DNA of 64,000 nt from the human T2T-CHM13v2.0 reference genome, Homo sapiens: the NCBI RefSeq assembly GCF_009914755.1, contig NC_060928.1. One strand, 5' to 3'. Shown here piece by piece: positions 59,656 to 64,000 of this stretch (positions are counted from its first letter, which is position 1; each line of letters opens with the position of its first letter). Below the pieces are notes generated by a model. The model did no database searches, was not told where the DNA came from, and saw nothing but the letters and a program-made list of their open reading frames with translations. The position numbers were made by a program, and so were the translations under genes.

Positions 59656-60422
59656 TGAGGACTAAACTCTGATTTTTTTTTTCTTGCCCAAATTCCTATC
59701 TAAGGGGTCTGGGGAGTCATGCCCTATAAATCAGAAATTCTCATCAGATGGGTTTTATTTAACCATATATATCATGATTTACTTTCCAGACTGACTCTGG
59801 CCATAACATTATGAGACAAAAAGGAAAATCAAAATATTTTACCCCAAAACATGTTTCTTTGCCATATTTTGAAATGGCCCTGCAAAGCTGTTCTTTCTGA
59901 GAGAAAATCTGCTTCTGTAAAGAATCTCTATTAACATAGCTAAATCTTCTTCTTCCAGACCCTTCCAATCCTAAAGAGATTAACTAAGATCTGAATAGGA
60001 AACTTTTGTCACCTATTGTCTCTAAGGGCAGCCACTATAAGACTTCAAAAGAACTTTGGTCTCCACAATCTGTATCTTATTTTACCTTAATCTTTATCTT
60101 AACCGTTTTTGTCTATCCAGATCTTTAGACAAACTCAACCAATTGTCAACCAGAAAATATTTAAATTCACCTATAGCCTGGAAGCCTCCCGACTTTGAGT
60201 TGTTCCACCTTTCTGGGCCAAACCAATGCATTTCTTAAATGTATTTGAGTGATGTCTCATGCCTCTCTAACGTCTATAAAACCAAGCTGTGCCCCGACCA
60301 CCTTGGGCACGTGTTCTCAGGACGGACTTCCTGAGGGCTATGTCATGGGCCATGGTCACTTATATTTGGCTCAGAATAAATCTCTTCAGATATTTTACAG
60401 ATTTCGACTCTTTTCATCAACA
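59656..60422 (+). mobile_element. MER4E-like solo LTR (ERV1)
   Basis: TGAGGACTAAACTCTGATTTT start; AATAAA near the end; CA terminus; perfect TSD ATGT (59652-59655 / 60423-60426). Confidence 0.9.
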
Positions 60423-60697
60423 ATGTCTTTGTCAATGCACTGTCAGAATTAATGATAGGAATGTTTGTGAGAGTAAATAAACATATGATGGCTCATCATG
60501 ATAAGCTAGCAGTTTTGAGGATCCAGGTAAAATAGATGGGACTAACAGGAGTTTAAAAGCAGAGTTTTTATGTAAGAGAAAATATAGGGACTTGGGAAGT
60601 GTATGGAGTCAGAGAAATGCAACTTGGTATAGTATGATACATAATTATTTAATAACACTAGAATTTTCAAGACACATTTTCATGCATCTAAAATGTC

Positions 60698-61151
60698 TGT
60701 TTAAAATACAGGTTTTATTATTATTAAGGTATGGTGAGGCCAACAGATCATGAGACATTCACCATTGAAAAGATGACTTGTTGCTTACAGTTCCTAGGAG
60801 GAAGGGTTTTCTCCTGGGCAAAGGCCTTTATCATGGTTTCTACAGGAAAGGCAAAGCAAGACTGAGTAAGCAGGCTTAGGATTGGCTAGTTTGAATAATT
60901 TCAGCAGGCCCTGGGGTGATGGAGACTGTGGGATGGTGGCCTGGAGTGTGAGAGCTCAGTGAGAGCCCGATAAAGGAGGCTGTTAGGAGGGTTGTGGCCT
61001 TTTAGTGGCTTGGTTTGCATATACAAAGTACACAGTCAGGTGAGTTATCTCCTATCTCCAGGAAGTGGTTAGCCCTAGGAGGGGCAGCCTCTGTAGAGTC
61101 AACAAGACTCCAGACACTGAAGCATCAGAACAAAAAGACATGCTTGACACA
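60698..61151 (-). mobile_element. MER77/MER21-group LTR
   Basis: GAGGCCAACAGATCA...CCATTGAAAAGAT...GGCTTAGGATTGGCTAGTTTGAATAATTTCAGC. Confidence 0.65.
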
Positions 61152-61235
61152 GTCTTTTGCCAATCATTAAGGTGTATAAGGTGTATATAATAGTTATAGT
61201 TATCCTCTTTAACTGCACATATTATGCATTCCCAT

Positions 61236-61725
61236 TGTTATAAATAAAGTTTCAGTGCCACAAAAGAAATAGCACTTGAATATAAAACTTTCTTTTAATT
61301 ATCAGCAAGGCAAGGTACTTCTGTAGAAGGGTGCACACTCACCGATGGTGGGTGCACATTTGGACAAGGGAGAGGAAGGGATTCTTATCCCTGATGCACG
61401 TGGCCCCTGCTACTGTGTCATTCCCCTATTGGCTAGGGTTAGATCTCACAGGCTAAACAAATTCCAATTGGCTAATTTAAAGATGATGGGATGAGTGCTT
61501 TGGCGGAGTCAGGGCAGAGCAGATAGCAGGTAATTGGAATGAGTTAGGGTGGAGCAGGTGATCAGAATGAGTTAGAGTAGAGCAGGTGATAGGAAAGAGT
61601 CAGGGTGGAGTAGGTAATCGAAAAAGGTTGCTTTATGAGGAAGTTAAGTTTAAAAGTAGAAGGCAAAGAATTGATCATACTGACATATTAATTCTTTGAA
61701 GAGCATTTAGAATTCATATTCAATA
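61236..61725 (-). mobile_element. LTR10 (LTR10C-like, HERV-I) solo LTR
   Basis: Minus strand ATATGAATTCTAAATGCTCTTCAAAGAATTAATATGTCAGTATG...CTTTGCCTTCTACTTTTAAACTTAAC; TSD CCAT; internal 28-bp repeats. Confidence 0.82.
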
Positions 61726-61813
61726 CCATAGCTACAGACTACTCAAACGCTAGTGACTTAAATTTATATCTAGCTCTTCTGGGATATCTGTCTCTTTTCT
61801 ATCTCATATTCTT

Positions 61814-62126
<313 letters not shown>

Positions 62127-62149
62127 TCTATCTCATATTCTTGAAGTTA

Positions 62150-62780
62150 GCAGAGTGAATCCCACCTCCATGCTCTTCTTCCTGTTCTTCCCATCTCAGC
62201 ATTTCTGAATCAGCTGGTTCCTGTCCAAAAGAGACCCTAGATTCCTTTCTTTGTCACATATCTCACATTTAACATATCAGCAAGTCCTATTGGTTCTACC
62301 TTCAAAATGTATCTCAAGCTCTTCCCATTATCCTCACTATCTTCCCACCAGCTCTTCGCACTATCCTAGACCAACTCACTGTCAAAGTATGTTAACTATT
62401 CCCATTTTTAGCTCTCCTAGATTATTTCACATAATAGGCAGTATACATTTCTTTAAACAACATATATCTGACAAGTTAACTTCCTTGCTTAAAACCTTTT
62501 CTTGGCTTCCTGTTATATGTAAATATCTAAAGTCTTTGCACCAGTTATATTAGACTCTAGATGATCTGACAGTTGCCTAATTTTCCTTCTGTCTCACAGC
62601 ATTTGGTTCTTGCTCACAACCCTCTGGCCACCCTAGCCTCCTTTCAGTTCTTCATACCCAGAGTGTGTTCCAATTTTAACTATGATTTCTTTTCCCTCTA
62701 CTTAGATTGTTCTGTGGCACGTTCTATAGGTATGGCTCCTCATCCTCCCCATCTCAGCTTAAATATAATTTTATGTTGAG
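62150..62780 (+). mobile_element. L2 fragment
   Basis: ATCAGCAAGTCCTATTGGTTCTACCTTCAAAAT...GCTTAAAACCTTT...CTCAGCTTAAAT. Confidence 0.8.
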
Positions 62781-62844
62781 TAGTAAATGTCAATTATGTT
62801 GGGTACATTAATATGTTATCCATTTATTTTATAAATATTGAGTA

Positions 62845-62992
62845 TTTATTCTGATACAAGTTACTTATTTCCAAGATACAATGGGGGTATAAACATTCCC
62901 ATTTCAAAAGGGAGAAATCAGCCAAAAGAGAGGGCTACAGGCCCCACACAAGTTCAAATTCTAGCAGGTCAGTCATTACATCTTAAATCTCA
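62845..62992 (-). mobile_element. Isolated MST/THE1 internal fragment
   Basis: TTCCAAGATACAATGGGGGTA...CCCATTTCAAAAGGGAGAAATCAGCCAAAA...GCTACAGGCCCCA. Confidence 0.8.
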
Positions 62993-63571
62993 GAAGTCAA
63001 AGTGATTATGGTAATGAAGGGTCTTGAAGAGTCTTAATTCCAGTATCTGAATTTAATTCCAGCACTTTTTCCAACATAGCCTAAGAAAGATATATAACCA
63101 TTTCACTACATCTGTTTTAAAAGAAATCACAGTTCATATGTTAAGTTTTATTTGATTTTGTTAAGGCATATATAGACAGGCTAAATTTTGTGGATTTGGT
63201 GTTTCTCCACAATGCTAAAATATAGTATTAACTTAGGTTTTATAATGAAGTTAGCAAGAAGAAAGAGAAGGAGAAAAACTATTGAATTTGGTTGAAACTC
63301 TAATTTCCTTCCTGAAATGTATACTTATATAGCAAAAAAGGTGTGTAGCAAGAACAAATTTTGCCTATATATTTAAAACAACATTTTAGGAAATCATATA
63401 AAGAAACATTCAGACATTTAGCAGCCAATTCTTGGTTACTGTAAAATTATTAATGTGGGTAAAAAAAGAATTATATGTACCCATTTTCTCTTCATTTAGA
63501 AAAAGGTTTTTTAAATTTTCTACTTAATTTATTTTACAATTCATATCAAATTTTTATTGTGATAAGTTTAT

Positions 63572-63715
63572 CCGCAGGTGTAGTGGCTCACACCTATGAT
63601 CTCACCATGTTGGGACACTGAGGCAGGAAAACAGCTTGAGGCCAGGCGTTTGAGATCAGCCTGGACAACACAAACCCTATCTCTATAAAAAATTTGTTTT
63701 AAAAAATTAGCTAGA
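63572..63715 (+). mobile_element. AluJ left arm, truncated just after the A-rich linker
   Basis: GTGGCTCACACCT...GCTTGAGGCCAGG...AAAAAATTAGCT. Confidence 0.8.
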
Positions 63716-63871
63716 TGTATTACGCTATTCTCACATTGCTATAAAGAAATACCCAAGACCGGGCAATTTATACAGAGAAGAGGCTTAATTGGCTTATGGT
63801 TCTGCTGGCTGTACAGGAAGCATGATACTAGCATCTGCTCAGCTTCTAAGGAGGCCTCAGGAAACGTACAA
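63716..63871 (-). mobile_element. MSTA LTR, partial
   Basis: CATTGCTATAAAGAAATACC...GGCTGTACAGGAAGCATG...GAGGCCTCAGGAAAC. Confidence 0.85.
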
Positions 63872-63904
63872 CTTACCATTGCTCATGACCCTCTGGCAAC
63901 CCAA

Positions 63905-64000
63905 ATAAGCAGTGACCAGAGGTGTACCTCTGCCCTTTTGAGCCAGGGCTGGTGCTGGAACAGCAGCATGAATGGGACAGTGTCCCAAAGATGTGCAGAG
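63905..64000 (-). mobile_element. MST-int fragment (runs off the window)
   Basis: TGTACCTCTGCCCTTTTGAGCCAGGGCTGGTGCTGGA...CAGTGTCCC resembles reversed MST-int. Confidence 0.55.

Noticed and set aside
61537-61620. 28-bp repeats as a CRISPR array
   Set aside because: The units are directly tandem with no spacers and lie inside an LTR.

Overview
AT-rich primate genomic DNA, almost certainly human, because it carries AluYa5- and AluYb8-type insertions. It reads as intergenic or deep intronic. I found no supportable protein-coding gene, functional RNA gene or CRISPR array, and no new multi-gene system. Much of the window is transposable-element relics: one full-length but disrupted L1PA7/8-type LINE-1 (7291-13727), about 15 Alu elements or monomers, and many LTRs (MLT1, LTR8, MER4, THE1, MST, LTR10 and others, several with intact target-site duplications). 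There are also old L2, MIR, L1M and hAT fragments. The ORFs in the supplied track are either repeat-derived or short and unrecognised. The best leads are: an intact antisense ORF0-like frame in the L1 5'UTR; two young, possibly polymorphic Alus; a head-to-head inverted Alu pair 29 bp apart; a candidate enhancer with a 9-run G-quadruplex (about 39.5-40.1 kb); a 175-codon open L2 reverse-transcriptase frame; a tRNA-Glu relic inside an ERV; and a scrambled MST provirus at the right end. Repeat subfamily names come from recalled consensus sequences and need RepeatMasker/Dfam confirmation. Boundaries of old elements are approximate.
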